The notes: a model not told the origin generated them from the letters alone. A stretch of DNA of 64,000 nt from Octopus vulgaris (GCA_951406725.2 OX597815.1:28024001-28088000); one strand, 5' to 3'. Counted from the first letter of the stretch, positions 23,684-37,770 are shown. A program made the numbers and translations.

Positions 23684-26335
23684 GTAATATGCACCTTCCA
23701 CATTGTAATTTCCTTAGTTTTAATTTATGGTCTCAGATTAAATCACTTACCAGACAAGGACATCTTTTAAATTTAATAAATCATCACAAATCTATAAACC
23801 TATTCTGACTAGATCTGACTTAAGATTTTCAAGTAGTACACAATTATTAATTTATTTGTAGCAAGATGAAGGGTAGAATGGCCTTATTCATCTGTCAATA
23901 TTATTCTCATAATACTTGTATAATTAAGAAATTATCATTTCATTATTATCAGCTGAGAGCTGGTCAATGTTTGGGTACTTTGGGTCAATGCTGTATAGAT
24001 CACTATTTGTATAGAGTTGTACTTTTGGTCTATATATCCTTTATAATTTACAAAACACATTGAAGGACTGACAGGATCAGTGCGAAAAGGTTAGTTATAT
24101 TGATTAATTTATCAGGAATACTTTGATATGATACAAAACATGCTGACACAATGCAGAATTACACAATATTTAAGAAATATTAATAACTAAACTGTTTTAT
24201 TCTTGACCACAGGCTTCACAATCAATATTGGTCTAGGGAAAAGATGCAAGTCATATCAAACTTTGTAGTGCTTTCTGTGATTAAGAATATTCTACTTATG
24301 AAACAATATTCTGTTATAATGATGCGTGGAACCAGTTAGTAAGACAGCTTTTCTACCATTAAGAAAAAATTCTGAGATCTATTTTGCCACACTTGATTGA
24401 GCAAAAATTATAGTATGATTATAGTCTGATTCTATCACTCATCTTGAGCTGCTCTCAGAATGATTAAGTGGACGCTAAATGCAGGTCTATGTAGCTGACA
24501 ATGAAATGGTGGTTAGCTCAACTAGAAAATCTTTCAAACTGAGATCAGCACTGATATATATACACTAGAACAACACAAATATTTTAGCAAAGAAATGCAT
24601 ATGAGAAGAAGAAAGAACGATATTCAGACAGGTAAAATATTGTTAATATTAAATAGACAACATGGAAATATACAGGAAATAAGAAAGATATAAAAATATT
24701 TTAAATAACAAAGCTAACATCATTTAAAATTACAAACAGTAATGGCCATACGTAAACAAAAATAGATACAAAATTCCATAGAAGAAGAAAAAAAGTTTGA
24801 TGATTCAAAAATGCATATAGAATGTAAATATATATTTAAAATTAACAGATGGATTATGTTGTTAAAAAAATATATCTGTTCTATGTAATATTGAAAGTTT
24901 ATGAGCTAAAGTTGAATCTAAAAGAAATATTTGCATTAAGAATTCGGTCAGTTAACATTCTGTCTGATTCCCTTCAGAACATAGCAGAGTAGAAGTCCAA
25001 AAAGCTGAAAGTATTGTCAGAGACAGAGGTCATGGAAGAAATTATGAGATCTGTCAAATTGTGATGAAAGCTGCTAAATCTTTCTCATTTGCTAGGCTTT
25101 ATTTTTCCATATAAAAATAGATATAAAACAAGAATAAAACTTATTTGTTCTATCAAGGATGACAATTCCACAAAAGTAATTGCTTGTATGATTGGAAAAT
25201 TGTTCAAATAACACAAAAGAAGAAATAAAATAGCCACCAACATCTAAACAGATCTACGGAATTAAAACATAAAAGAAGAAATAGTCACTGTGTCATCATC
25301 CATCTATGTCAGTTGTGTTTTTATATTGGCATAGGCTTGACAAGTTCAGAGTTTATCTTATCAATGCTTTTAGGACACACGTTGTCTTTGTTTTTTCATA
25401 TTGTGCATTAGTCATGTTTCCCAGATAAATATAGTATTTCTGGCTTGCTTTCAAACAGTTTACAATTTAAATACAAAGAAATATTATTGTAATGTTCTAT
25501 TACTGATTCATTCCCATTCCTTATTCTTCTATGAATATGATGTGTGAGATTGGATATTTTTGTTTGAGTAGTTACAAGCCAGCCCTAACTGAACAAAACA
25601 ATGATCAAAGTTAAAGCAGCAGTAACCATCTCAAGTTTTTTTATTTTCAAACAATGTATCTAGAACATTATCAAATACGTCTTGTCTTTTTTAAGAGAGC
25701 AGGGTGTGATTTCTCAAATCCTACCCTACTATGTTTGGGGACTTAACTGATATTATTATTGGTTGATCAATCTCATAGACGTCTCATTAGCTTATGAGTA
25801 TATACAAACTCTCTTGTTGGATTTATTGTCAGCAAAATGTTTTTATGATTAGATACCTTTCGTGCTGCTAAATGCTGAATACTTTGTTATGTTAACTGAG
25901 GCAAATAGAGTTCTATGTTTTGCTACAGAGCACAAAATGATGGGTAGGAAAGATGATGATGTTAGCAATCCAAAAACCTTAGCTATAAGCCACTGCTTCA
26001 TAACAGCAAAAATAGTCACACACTACCTATTTCTGAAAATTATTTCCTATTGATCTGCTCGAAACGTAAAACCCTCCTTCTTCCCTTCCTTCCTGAGCGT
26101 CCAATAATACTATATTTGTTCCACATCCTCGTGTTGTTGTGTTTTCTCTTTGTGTTTTCATGTTTGGATTAACTTTATATCTATATATATATATTAATAA
26201 TTTTATATTTTATATTCAGGTATACACCTGTTTAAAGCCTGTCCACAATATTTGACCACCTGATGTCAACAAGAATATGGAGGTATATGCCACTGGATTA
26301 ACTTCAGGAATTCCTTTGTGTCTGTAGAGTTTATA

Positions 26336-26793
26336 TAAAATATGAGAGATAGAAAATGGAATTCATGAGACTCTTTATTCAGAACCACTATGATCATTTC
26401 AACCCCTCCTACACCAGTACCTTACTGGTGAGATGCTGCATAAACAATTGTCATGCATCATAGGTGCAGATGCATCACTTCTAGTGACTTTTCAAAGAGT
26501 ACATTATTTTTTTTTACTTACAGTCTTGTTTATTTCTATAACAATACATTTTGGAAAGTGTAGTATACTATCTGATTCTATAGGGAACTTAAGAAAATGT
26601 ATTGTTATAGAAATAAGTGAAATGGCAAATAAAAAAACAAGGTACCTGAGGAAATGCATTTGCACTTATGATGCATGACAATTGTTTTTACAGCATCTTA
26701 CCTGTAATGTTCCAGTGTATGATAGGTTGAAATGATCATAATAATTCTGAATAAAGAGTCTTGTGAATTCCATTTTCCATCTCTCATATTTTA
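26336..26793. mobile_element. Imperfect palindrome of about 460 bp (foldback element)
   Basis: aaaatatgagagatagaaaatggaattca...catttcaacc pairs with ggttgaaatg...tgaattccattttccatctctcatatttt. Inner arms are tttctataacaatacatttt and aaaatgtattgttatagaaa. Confidence 0.85.
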
Positions 26794-26887
26794 TGTGTGT
26801 GTGTATGTGGATTTTATATGTTACAGTTAAAAGCTATATACAAAGACAAACATGTTTTTCTTTAAAAATTATGAGATTCATTTGGCA

Positions 26888-27100
26888 GGTGTCAGCATAC
26901 TTTGTTAAAATGATCAAAAACAACACAGAGTAATAAGTGCAGCATCAGTACAAAATCATCATAGGAGTTATAGATAAAGATGAAGTTGTAAATCACTGGT
27001 TGGTATTGAACTATATGAAGGTTTTTTTCCTACTGTAGACAGTAGACAGGATAAGTCAATATTCATACGTGAATACAAATACTAACATGTGTGTGCACAC
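26888..27100 (+). repeat. Segment of about 210 bp duplicated at 32912-33105
   Basis: ggtgtcagcatacttt...atcatcataggagttatagataaagatgaagt...gtagacaggataagtcaata...gaatacaaatac is present at both sites. Confidence 0.9.
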
Positions 27101-27335
27101 AAAGACACACACATCTTAAATTAGATTTAGACCAATGTTCAATAAATTTAACTATGGCTCTTTAGATATGGCAGTTCTTTGGTTATTTGGGAGCTGAAAG
27201 CTTTCCACAGATGAATATTTAAGTATGAGTCAAATACATGAAGAAATATAACACACTTAAAGAAATAATGTGATTATATACATATATTAAAAATGGGGAA
27301 GGCCAGTTTATGGGATTACCTTAGGTTTCCCGTCC

Positions 27336-27463
27336 ATAAAGGATTTAGCTTTATGGTGTATTGTCAGACCCCAAAAACCTGTTGGCTCATGACTTCCATA
27401 TATTTTAAGAGGCTATGAGCCAACAGGTTTTTGGAATCTGACGATAAGCCACAAAGCTAAACC

Positions 27464-27469
<6 letters not shown>
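27336..27469. mobile_element. Palindrome with arms of about 60 bp, abutting a (TA)n tract
   Basis: ataaaggatttagcttt...ccaaaaacctgttggctcat pairs with atgagccaacaggtttttgg...aaagctaaaccctttat. Confidence 0.85.
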
Positions 27470-27530
<61 letters not shown>

Positions 27531-27689
27531 TATACAAATATGCATATACATACACATGTATATTGTATGTATACAATATATATACTTTTGGCTAAGATCA
27601 AAGTGTAGTAAAATTGTATCCATACACATATGCATATACATCCATATATATATATATATCCATGTAGATATATATTTATACATGCATGC

Positions 27690-28660
27690 ATACATAGACA
27701 AGATATACTTCCCACACAAGGATGGTGGGTGTGGCCTCAAGCCTGTATTAATGTCATATGAAGCACATATTGTGATACTGAAACAACATCTGCAGCAAGA
27801 GAAAGACACCAATAACAATCTTGACCAAGTATGTGACCATGAAATCAACAACACAAATATGATAGCTAATGATCTTGAGAGGAAGTATGAAATAAAAGCT
27901 GATAAAGGTCTCTTCCCCAAGGGATATTGGTAAAATCTATTTATGTGAACAAAATAAAAATAAAAAAGGACCAGTTCATTGGGGAAGATAGTACATGGGT
28001 ACTTGGCATGAAAAACCAGAGAAGGGGCTGATCATGTCAAAAACTTGGCATGGAATACTGACAAGTTTATGACGTACCATTTCGAAGGCTACCTCCATGT
28101 AATTCAAGAACAAGAAATCCTCACCAAGTATCTACATGACAGGCAACAAATGTAGGCTGTGCAGGACAAAGGCAGAAGACATCAGCCACATTATTGCTAA
28201 CTGTGAGAGAGTGTCTTCCAGATATGGAAGATGCAGTGGCCAGAGCAGGGTAACAAAAAAGAAAACACCTACAGACAAAGTTGATTATATTGAGACCAAT
28301 GGATCAAAGGAATACTGGTGGAACTCAGAAACTAAAACAGCCACAGCCGACCAGAAATTGTTGTGTGAAACCATAAAGAAAAGGTATGTTTTGTTGTGGA
28401 AATCAGTTGCTCTCAGAATATCAATGTAATTAGAAAAATACAAGAGAAAGAGGACAAACCTAGTGCACAAGATACACTTTCAGCTTCATACCTACTGTTA
28501 TTGGAACCACAAGATACATACCAACCCTGCTGGAACAAAGCATGGCTGTACTTGGGTTTTGTGGGAGAGAACACAAATTCTTAATTCACGCACTACAAAT
28601 GATCATGATATCTGGGACTATAAAAATTTGCAAGACCTTCTTAAGGTTTAAAGGATGATG
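27690..28660 (+). mobile_element. R4/Dong-like (RLE-type) non-LTR retrotransposon, decayed 3' portion
   Basis: IDKIYFPHKDGGCGL, FEGYLHVIQEQEILTKY, the CCHC finger KCRLCRTKAEDISHIIANC, EYWWN and VVEISC. Confidence 0.75.
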
Positions 28661-29952
28661 AACAAAACTAGATGCTTTCCTTCACAATCTTACTACCAAG
28701 TAAGTGGCTGGTCAAAATTTATTCTAAATTAAAAAGAGAAAAGGAACAACGCATATACACACATAGAAACAAATAACAGGACAGACAAACGATGATAGGT
28801 ATAAGGAATGTATTTATAAGAAAATTGTGTATATAATTTATATGAAGTAGTCAGTTTGTATCATTACAGGTGTTTTGAATGGTCAATAATTGGTTGAAAT
28901 AACAATGCATGATATGTAAGCAGGTGCAATACTGAGGCAATATTGTTTGCTATAAATAAGAGCTAAGTAAGGTATCAGCTAGCACAGATTTTGATAGCTC
29001 TGTGCTGCTGGGTGGCTGTATTCTCTTTAGAAGATAAAGTGCAAGATACACATATATATCTGCATATATATATATATATATATATTTTACACACACACTC
29101 ACATGCATACATATATATACTCTTTCACAAGTTTCAGCTCAAGAGCTGCAGCAATACATACATATACATATATGGTTATTACATCTGCTTTACATGCAGA
29201 AGGTCATGAATTCGATATATGTGTATATATATGTGTGTGTGTATATATATAAATATACATGAGTACATAGATATATAAATATACATTAAAATATAGTTGT
29301 AGCTTTAAAATATCTAAACCTGTGGGTTCGTGAAACATTGATCTGCTCCATATGATGATGTAATTTTGTAGGAGAAAGACAAACAAACATTTAGAACAAT
29401 TAACACATTTGTAAAATTAAATGACATGAAATATAAAAAGAAGTTGGAGTTTATTATGAAACATTTAACCATATATCTATGAGAGGAATATAATTAGATA
29501 AAAGTTTTGTGATAAAAAACACATACAGAATAGGGCTTTTTCAAAAAATTACTGATTTTCTTTTTTGTTGGAAATAAATGAAAATATCTCTTAGCTATAA
29601 TGAAAAAAAATCTTGTAGTTCAATGCATAAATAAATTAATCAATTAGATGCAATAGAAAAAAGTATCCAACCATTGAGGTAAAAAAATAGCAGAATTAAA
29701 ACATTTTTTAAATTGATCTTTTTTTCATTTAAGTAACAAATTAATTCCGGTGAAGGAAATTTGGAAAGAAATTTATATTGACAAATTAGAAACAGATTTA
29801 ATTTTAGTTATAATATTAGGTTGAATATTAAACAGAGTTATAATGATTTCAGTCAGTCTTTGATATTATTTCTTTAGAGCAGTTTATTTCAAGTGCATGT
29901 ATTTATGACGAAAGGATATTAAAAATGAACAGAAAATGGTATGCACTCTTAC

Positions 29953-30043
29953 TTTGATATGTTTGAAATTTTCTTCATTTGTGATCCTGGACTAGCGGCA
30001 GCTTTATCTTTCTTGTTTGGCATGTTTGTCACTGATGATAGAA
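29953..30043 (-). CDS. slo: 91-nt coding exon (phase 1-2): (V)LSSVTNMPNKKDKAAASPGSQMKKISNIS(N/K)
   Basis: Minus strand reads atatctttgccatttcag|TTCTATCA...ATATCAAA|gtaaga. The frame is open and links the upstream phase-1 exons to the downstream phase-2 exons. Confidence 0.75.
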
Positions 30044-31074
30044 CTGAAATGGCAAAGATATGTTATGTAGATATCAATTCTTAACAGAGATAGAAGTCTC
30101 AAATTTACAGTGTATGTCCTGTCTTTTTGTCAAATGCAATAATATAAGTTAAAAGAAATTATGGTTAATGATGGTTATTCATTTGTTTGCTTAATGTTTG
30201 CATTGTCTTGCTGACATGGATTGGCCAGGGGACTTATTCAAAGCAGAATTTTAAGGTCGTCCTATCATCAACCATTTTTTTCAGGTAAAGGATTTTTCTT
30301 TATTCCCCAGATCTTTAAAAGTGCAGAGCAACCAGTGATAATGTTAATAAGGAATGCAAGGATATCACAGCTTTGCTCAGTCAGTGACAAGCTGTGGAAT
30401 GTCAATATTCACACTGACACACACAAATAGTAGGTTTACATACAGTTTTCATGTAGTATTAGTAGAAGACACTTGCTTAAATTGTAGAACTGAACCTGAA
30501 GCAATTTTATGTGGAAGTAAACTTCTTAACCACACAGCCATACCTGCATTTAGAAGATATATTTAGAATAAATCTTATTGAGACCATTGCATAAAATATA
30601 CTGTGGTTGGAATAATAAACTCACCATAATATAAATGATTGGTTACTTGGGTACTGAACCTCTAGTGATCACACATTATAAGGGAGTACAAATGGGCACT
30701 TAAGATATCCATTATATTCTCAAAGGTAAAACTTCCATTTGAGAATAGTAAAAAGTGTTGTAGATGTGATTTAATGAAAATTTCCACTACATCACAAAGT
30801 TCACAATTAAAAGCTAGATGTTAAAGAAGTAACAACATTAATTACAAAATTTTATGCCCATCATGGGCTATGATAGTGATGTTATTGTGAAACACTTCGA
30901 TTATGAAGTCCTTTTCAATTAATCTCCAGGAAAGTAGTCAGAATATCAGACATCACATTTGACTGGATCCATAGTTATGATCATTGGCAATAATAATGAA
31001 TAATAATGAAAAATTATATTAGGAAAGGGGGAACAGAGTTTTCATGTTGGTGTACATTATGTGTACCTCATCCA

Positions 31075-31345
31075 ATATGAGCTGAAGATATCCTTGAATG
31101 ACTGATGTGAGATAGCAATATCTGACCAGCAGGTATCAGATGGCGATATCCCTGACTGACTGTTGTCAGATTGCAATACTTTTGACCAACTGACATGAAG
31201 TAGCAATATTCCTGACTGACAAGATGGTGATATTTCTAAGCAACAGACATAAGACAATATCCTTGACTAACTAATTGATTGACATGATTAAAAGATAGCC
31301 CAGACTGACTGACATAAGTTGGAGATACTTCTGATCAAATAACTT
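31075..31345. repeat. Degenerate minisatellite, unit about 29-30 bp
   Basis: The unit ga(t)atccytgactgactgac/atgagat.gc recurs about 9 times. Confidence 0.7.
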
Positions 31346-32339
31346 GAGGCTATCATAAAACAATTTTAAAATATCCATAGGAATTAAAAAGACATGTTAG
31401 ATATTGAGGTAATGCTTATGAGCCTTAAATAAAATTAAGAACGTATTTTATTTGTAATCAAATATTATTATTCTCTCACATGTTAAAAAAAATCTCAAAA
31501 TATTTGCAGCATTGTAACGTTAAGACTAGAAATGAAATCCAGACAGTTGAGTGGGTAAATACATAAAACTAAACATTGAATATAGACAGTGCTTTCTAAC
31601 AGATCACCAGTGTCATAGTCATCATCATCATCATCGTTGTCATCATCATATCAGTTTTTTTTTTGAGCAATAATTGAAAAATCTATAAACCAGATCAACT
31701 AAGAAGATTTTAGATATTAATCTTATTTGAATAACATTCGATATATTTCAGTTTTATTCAACCACTTTTTAGAAAAAGCAACAGAATATCTAGTGTTTAT
31801 AAATAACATTCAACAAAACAAAAATTTCATTTGTCCAACCACAAAAATCAATGATTCACAAAGAACCAATGAAGGAACCTCTATTTGATCAGTCAGTCAA
31901 CCAGAAATAACCATCTATCTAAAATCAAACCCTGTCATTTTAAATAAAGGACTCATTGGATAATGTAGTCTTAGAGATTACTGTTATTCTGAGAAAAGAA
32001 AAAAATAAGTGTGTGGGGTGATTATGGTTTCAATGTTTTTGACCACAAACCTGTATGATCAGGGTTGATCTGGGACTGAATGATAACAATCAATGCATAA
32101 ATAATTTATTAATTTCAAGCAAGTGTCATAAGTTGAGTTTATTGATAACTGCTTGACTTTTACTTATAATTACAAATAATTATAATTTGGAATTTTTATT
32201 AATGCAAAACTTAACCTTATTGATCTTAGAATTTGGGTAGAATTAATTACTGTGATATGTTTGTGCCTTTAGCTGTAGCTTGTTCCCCTGGCAGTTGATG
32301 GAGTCTATTTTCTACCCATTTTCAGTGTTTATTGTACCT

Positions 32340-33300
32340 GTGCACAGATGTGTAGCCTTGAAAGAAATGAAGCCAGTATGCTTTGCTGACTGTGCAATGT
32401 CAGTGTGCATGTTCGACAGAGTGTAAGCAACTTAAGAGAAAAGTTAGGCATAAGAGGCATCAGATGTAGTGTGCAAGAGAGACAACTGCACTGGTATGGT
32501 CATGTGATGCATATAGATAAGGACAGCTATGTAAAGAAGTGCCGATCTTTAACTGTGGAGGGAACCTGTGGTAGAGGTAGACCCAGGAAAACATGAGGTG
32601 AAGTGGTGAAGCATGATCTTTGAACTTTGAGCCTCACAGAGACAATGACTAGTGACCGAGACCTTTGGTGATGGCAGGACCCATCAAACCAAGTGCATCA
32701 ATGCTTGTGGCATGTAAAGAACACCTTTCGATCATTGGGCTTCACAGAGGCAAAGTGGATGAGTTCCTTTTGAGTGTTGGGCCTCAGGGAGGCAATGAAC
32801 GAGACCTTTGGCATTATGTTGTGAAAAATAAAGCCAAGCAAAATCACAGTTGTAGCAGATACTGGTATCACACAAGTTGGCACCCTTGCTGGGTGCATGT
32901 AAAAGCACCCTGGTGTCAGCATACTTTAAACAAAACAGAACAATAAGTGCAGTATCAGTGCAATATCATCATAGGAGTTATAGATAAAGATGAAGTAGTA
33001 AATCATTGGTTGGTATTGAACTATCTGAAGGTTTCTTTTCCCACTGTAGACAGGATAAGTCAATACTCATACATGAATACAAATACATTAACATGTGTGC
33101 ACACACACATGCATGTGCATGGTGGAACGTAAAAGCACCTATTACACTCTTGGCATGGTTGGTGTTAGGAAGGGCAGCCTGCTGTGGAAAACTATGTCAA
33201 ATCAGACTGGAGTCTGGTGCAGCCTTCCAGCATGCCAACCTGGTCAAACCATCGAACCCATGCCAGCATGGGCAATGGATGTTAAATGATGATGATGATT
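32340..33300 (+). mobile_element. RTE LINE 3' end (ORF2 C-terminus, 3' UTR and (GAT)n tail) interrupted by a 200-bp foreign segment
   Basis: LREKLGIRGIRCSVQERQLHWYGHVMH...VEGTCGRGRPRKT; the UTR ends gatgttaaatgatgatgatgat. Confidence 0.9.
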
Positions 33301-33739
33301 AGTAACATAAGTGAAGTGAATAGCTACAAATCGGATGGAAATTTGACCAGGAGTTTGATCTCCCAGGAGATCATTGGTAACAACAAAAGCCTTTATTTTG
33401 ATATGGGAAGTTAGAGCTACCTTTAAAAATATTTCAAGAATTACCAATGATAGAAGAAACAGTTATAAGAAAATACTGAAATAATTAAAATAAAAAACAA
33501 CATATTTAAAATATAAAATTCAATAATTTAAAAAGAATTAATTTAATATTAGAAATACACAAGCAGTTACTGTTACATTAAGAAAATATGTAAAATTATT
33601 ATAAATTTTGTCTGTTTACAAAAAGAAAAAAGAAAAGTATAAAGAAAATATTTCTTATAGAGACATGAAACTAAGACAAGTATACTCAGAATTTAGTTGA
33701 TAATTAAGGTGTGTTCATGTAGAGTCACAGCATAACAAT

Positions 33740-33940
33740 GGTTTTTGAAATAGGTACATGGTCAAATTGTGAAGGGATATAAGTCTATGAAATCCCCCTC
33801 AATACATGACCAGTTCTTTATTTTACCAACCTATGAAGGAAGAAAAGCAAGGTCAACCTTTCCAGGAGTTGACTTCATAATGCAAAGAGACGTAACTAAA
33901 TACCACAAGACAGTTTGTACCTTGTTTTACTAATTTTGCA
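33740..33940 (-). mobile_element. Degenerate Meta-like SINE
   Basis: ttttaccaacctatgaaggaagaaaagcaaggtcaacc...taaataccacaag. Confidence 0.6.
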
Positions 33941-33956
33941 ATTCAGTAACCTAAGA

Positions 33957-33957
<1 letters not shown>

Positions 33958-33987
<30 letters not shown>

Positions 33988-34000
33988 AATAATAATAATG

Positions 34001-34034
<34 letters not shown>

Positions 34035-34045
34035 TAATAATTATG

Positions 34046-34136
<91 letters not shown>
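33958..34136. repeat. (AAT)n microsatellite
   Basis: About 59 units with occasional GAT. Confidence 0.98.
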
Positions 34137-34708
34137 GCATTTACCTGTCATTAATTGCTGAAGTAGGTTTTATTTATAATGTAGAAATGTTTGATATTAA
34201 AAGAGAGAGAGAAAAAAAATTTGACAGCAATATATAGTTGCAGACATAGAAAAGAAACTAGTTTTCTAGCATGCTTTCTGTGAAAATATTGGAAATTAAC
34301 AAGAAAAAAACCCAATAGTATAAAAAAAAAAGGGAAGAAAGAAAGTAGTTGAAGATGAGAGTAAACTGATAAAAATCAAGGATGCACAATATGATATAAA
34401 TGACAGAATATATTGGAGACTGAATGTAACATGCCCATGCTTTATTCTGTGGATAACACTATAACACATTTTAAAATATAGAATAAATTGAACAGACATC
34501 AGCATATTTGGTCCATTCAGTAGCAATCACACAATCTATTGATGATAAAACAAAACCCAATATATACAAAGACAAAACAAGTTTACCCATACCCAAATAT
34601 ATACCTATACCTACACACACACACACACACGTGTGTGTGTGTATGAATATATAAAAAACGTGTGGTTCATTAAATACATGTCTGTGTTCAAGTTATATCT
34701 TTTTAAAT

Positions 34709-34937
34709 TTAACCCTTTCATATTCACGTTATTCTGTCAAAAGTAATACTTATTTATTCACATTATTTTAAATTAATCCTGCATTATCTTGTAGCTTTGA
34801 GATTTTGATGAAGTAACTATTCATTTTTAGAATTATATAGTAGGGCTGGTGTGAGAGGCCAGATCTGGCCAATTTGAACATAAAACAAAGGAGAATATTT
34901 TGGCTGGATATGGCCAGTTTAAATGCTAAAGGTTTAA
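34709..34937. mobile_element. piggyBac-like MITE with TTAA ends
   Basis: ttaa-ccctttcatatt ... aatgctaaaggt-ttaa. Confidence 0.65.
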
Positions 34938-37659
34938 ATATTTTCATTGTTTTTAAATAATTATTTTGAGGCAATAAAGACTCTAAATTCATATTCAATG
35001 TTTCCAGATCTTCACAGTCTCATTTTCAAGAACTGAATTTATTTGGCATCTATACTGATTCTTATATACAGGTTGAATTAATGTTGCCTTTCCTGTCAGA
35101 GTTTTTTTTAAACATTAGTCAGTAATCGTGTTGATTTGTTTGTCGCAGTCAAATTTTTAACTACTACACTTACAAATTAACAAGAAAGCTTCTCTGTAGT
35201 CACTTGACTAGCTAGAAATAGCAACCAAAGTTCCATCATATCACATCTTCCTAGGAAGGACATATTGGGTAATACGTCTTCGGGTAAACACTGCTTAAAA
35301 AAAAAAAAAGAAGTGATGGACAACTGCTAGAATGCCTTTGATCATAGCTCTGGTTGACTAGAGACAATCTGGGGTTAAACAACAGAAACCACTACAAACA
35401 GGATGAGAAGTAATGCAATATATTAATGATTTAATAAAGGTGTGAAGAGAATACCAGCTCCACCACTGTATGTCACCGAATTTTCTATTGATTGGGATTA
35501 GTCAGTGTCAGAAGATTAACAGCTTCATAATTATTTACTTGTGATTTATTGCTTTATTTAAACAGCCTCTCCACCACAAATGAAATTTTTAATGAATTTC
35601 ATTAAATGCTTAGAAAAATTGACTTCAGTTTTATTATGGTTTGCTCTTTAGAAGAGATATGAAACTAGCAATAAAATTTTGTTCAGTGCAAAATGTTATA
35701 ACACAAACCATTATTTTACACTTATGATTTCAATTTAGTGAAATAAAATAATTCTGAAGTTGCTTTGAAGAATGGTAATAGCATAAATTTCCAAGATATG
35801 TCTATAGCAAAAATATTTAATTTAGATCAATATTGTTGATTGTTGTAGAGAATGTTTAAAAAGCTATAGTGATTTTATTCACTTTTAATCAAGTTTCCTG
35901 TTTACTAGATCATTATGTGTTGGAAACTAAAGTAATCTCTATTAATATCTATTTATTCTATTATAAGTCATTGACATAAAGTGTCATAACAAGTTTTTAT
36001 AACAGTTAACCATTTCAAAGCATATTTAGCATATTCTAGAAAATAAAATGTTAAATTTTAAACAGACTTTTACAGAATTTTACTGAAATATTTAAACATG
36101 GCTCTAAATATTCAAAAATAAGAAATTCCTTTGAAAGATAATAAATTTAATCTTGCTGCATTTTTTTCATTTTAAAAGTACAGATAAATCTCAATTTAAA
36201 AGCAAAAATAGCTTCAAATAGGTTTAATTATCCAAGAGGGAACTAAATATTTTACTCAGGAACTTGATGTTTTAGCAACTAAGTCATACTGACAACTATG
36301 CAGTTAATTCAAAGCTAGTAAAATACTTTCCACAAATATAAATTTATATCTCAGCATAGCTCAAGGCAGGAAATGTGGTACTTAATATCTTGGTGGAATT
36401 TCCGACATGGGGGAATTGGATGATTAAATAAGATTAATTTGTTTGATATTTCATGTGAAGTGTTGACAGTTAGTAATTGGCTGTAAATATGAGTGGGAGG
36501 AACTATCCAAAGAGATAAACATGGTTTTAGGAAGAAAGGTGCCTTAAGAGAGATAAAATGGATGTAGCAACAAAACACGTAAAATATGATTGAGTGTGAT
36601 GTTTAGAAGTAGAATAGTATGAACATTTATAGATGAGCAAAGATTCTTATAGTCATTATAGATGATTTAAAAGAGCTTGCTAGTGTACAGGAGATTGTAT
36701 GTGTGGTAAGGCTGGAAATCAATATACAACATAGAATGTTTGTGACTATGGAGGGTGAATAATTCTAGATATTGTAACTAATTTCTATGCTGGGTCGAGC
36801 TTGGCTTTTTAAAGAGATCAATAATTACTGGAGGACAAAACTATTTTTACATGTAAAGAAATTTTGTTTGGCTCAACATTTATTTTATGATAACATGCCT
36901 GATTATTTTTTTATATGACATCATCTGTATACAAAAACTTACATTTGTTTCAACATTATATTTACAAACACATTTTTTTAATTCAAAAACTTAACCTGAA
37001 GCATCAATCTAAACTGTTAAACACTTTTTCATCTTTCGTAGACAGATTTATATTATTAATAAAATAAAGAAGAAAGAGTATATGCCATCAAAAAGTTTGT
37101 TATTTTCAGACTGTTATTTTAAAAGGTCTTAAACCTGACATATATCAATGTCAGCTTTCAGTAATAGCTGTAGCTACTGAAATAAAGCATACATCTTATA
37201 ATCAATTATTTTTCATAATGAAAGAAAGCTTTCATTATATTCTGTTCATGTAATGCAGGATTTAGAAGAAACTGCTTATAGATCTTGGATTATAGTTTTC
37301 TTGAACCTATTTGGTTGGCAAACAGGTGTCCTTTAATTCTCATGAGTTAAGACGATGGCTTGTAATTACTATAAAACTCTGAGAATACAATATATATACA
37401 GTCTTATGTACTACCTTAATAAAAAGAGGCTGCTATACATTGATTTACACCTTGAATAGCTTTTGAAAATAAATGAACATAAATGGACATTAAAACAGAT
37501 ACTGCCCATTATGAGAGGCACTAATTCTGGACACCTTATCATCTATACTACAACAATATGTATAAGTATAGATATATTATATATTGTCCTGGTCCTGTAG
37601 ACTAGTTCTTGAGTTCTCTCACTGTGGCCATAGTATAGATGACAACCTCTCTTCTTGTT

Positions 37660-37681
37660 CTCTCCCCCCTCTCTCTCCCTC

Positions 37682-37738
<57 letters not shown>

Positions 37739-37770
37739 ATATTAGACAGAGAGAGAGAAAGAGTGAGAAA
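37660..37770. repeat. (CTAT)n microsatellite with (CT)/(GA) flanks
   Basis: Direct inspection. Confidence 0.95.

Noticed and set aside
23751-23791. Perfect minus-strand donor TG|gtaagt at 23750
   Set aside because: No acceptor gives a phase-compatible open exon.
24280-24480. Possible hAT dimerisation-domain remnant (SFSTIKK / LRSIL)
   Set aside because: Too short and degenerate to support by eye.
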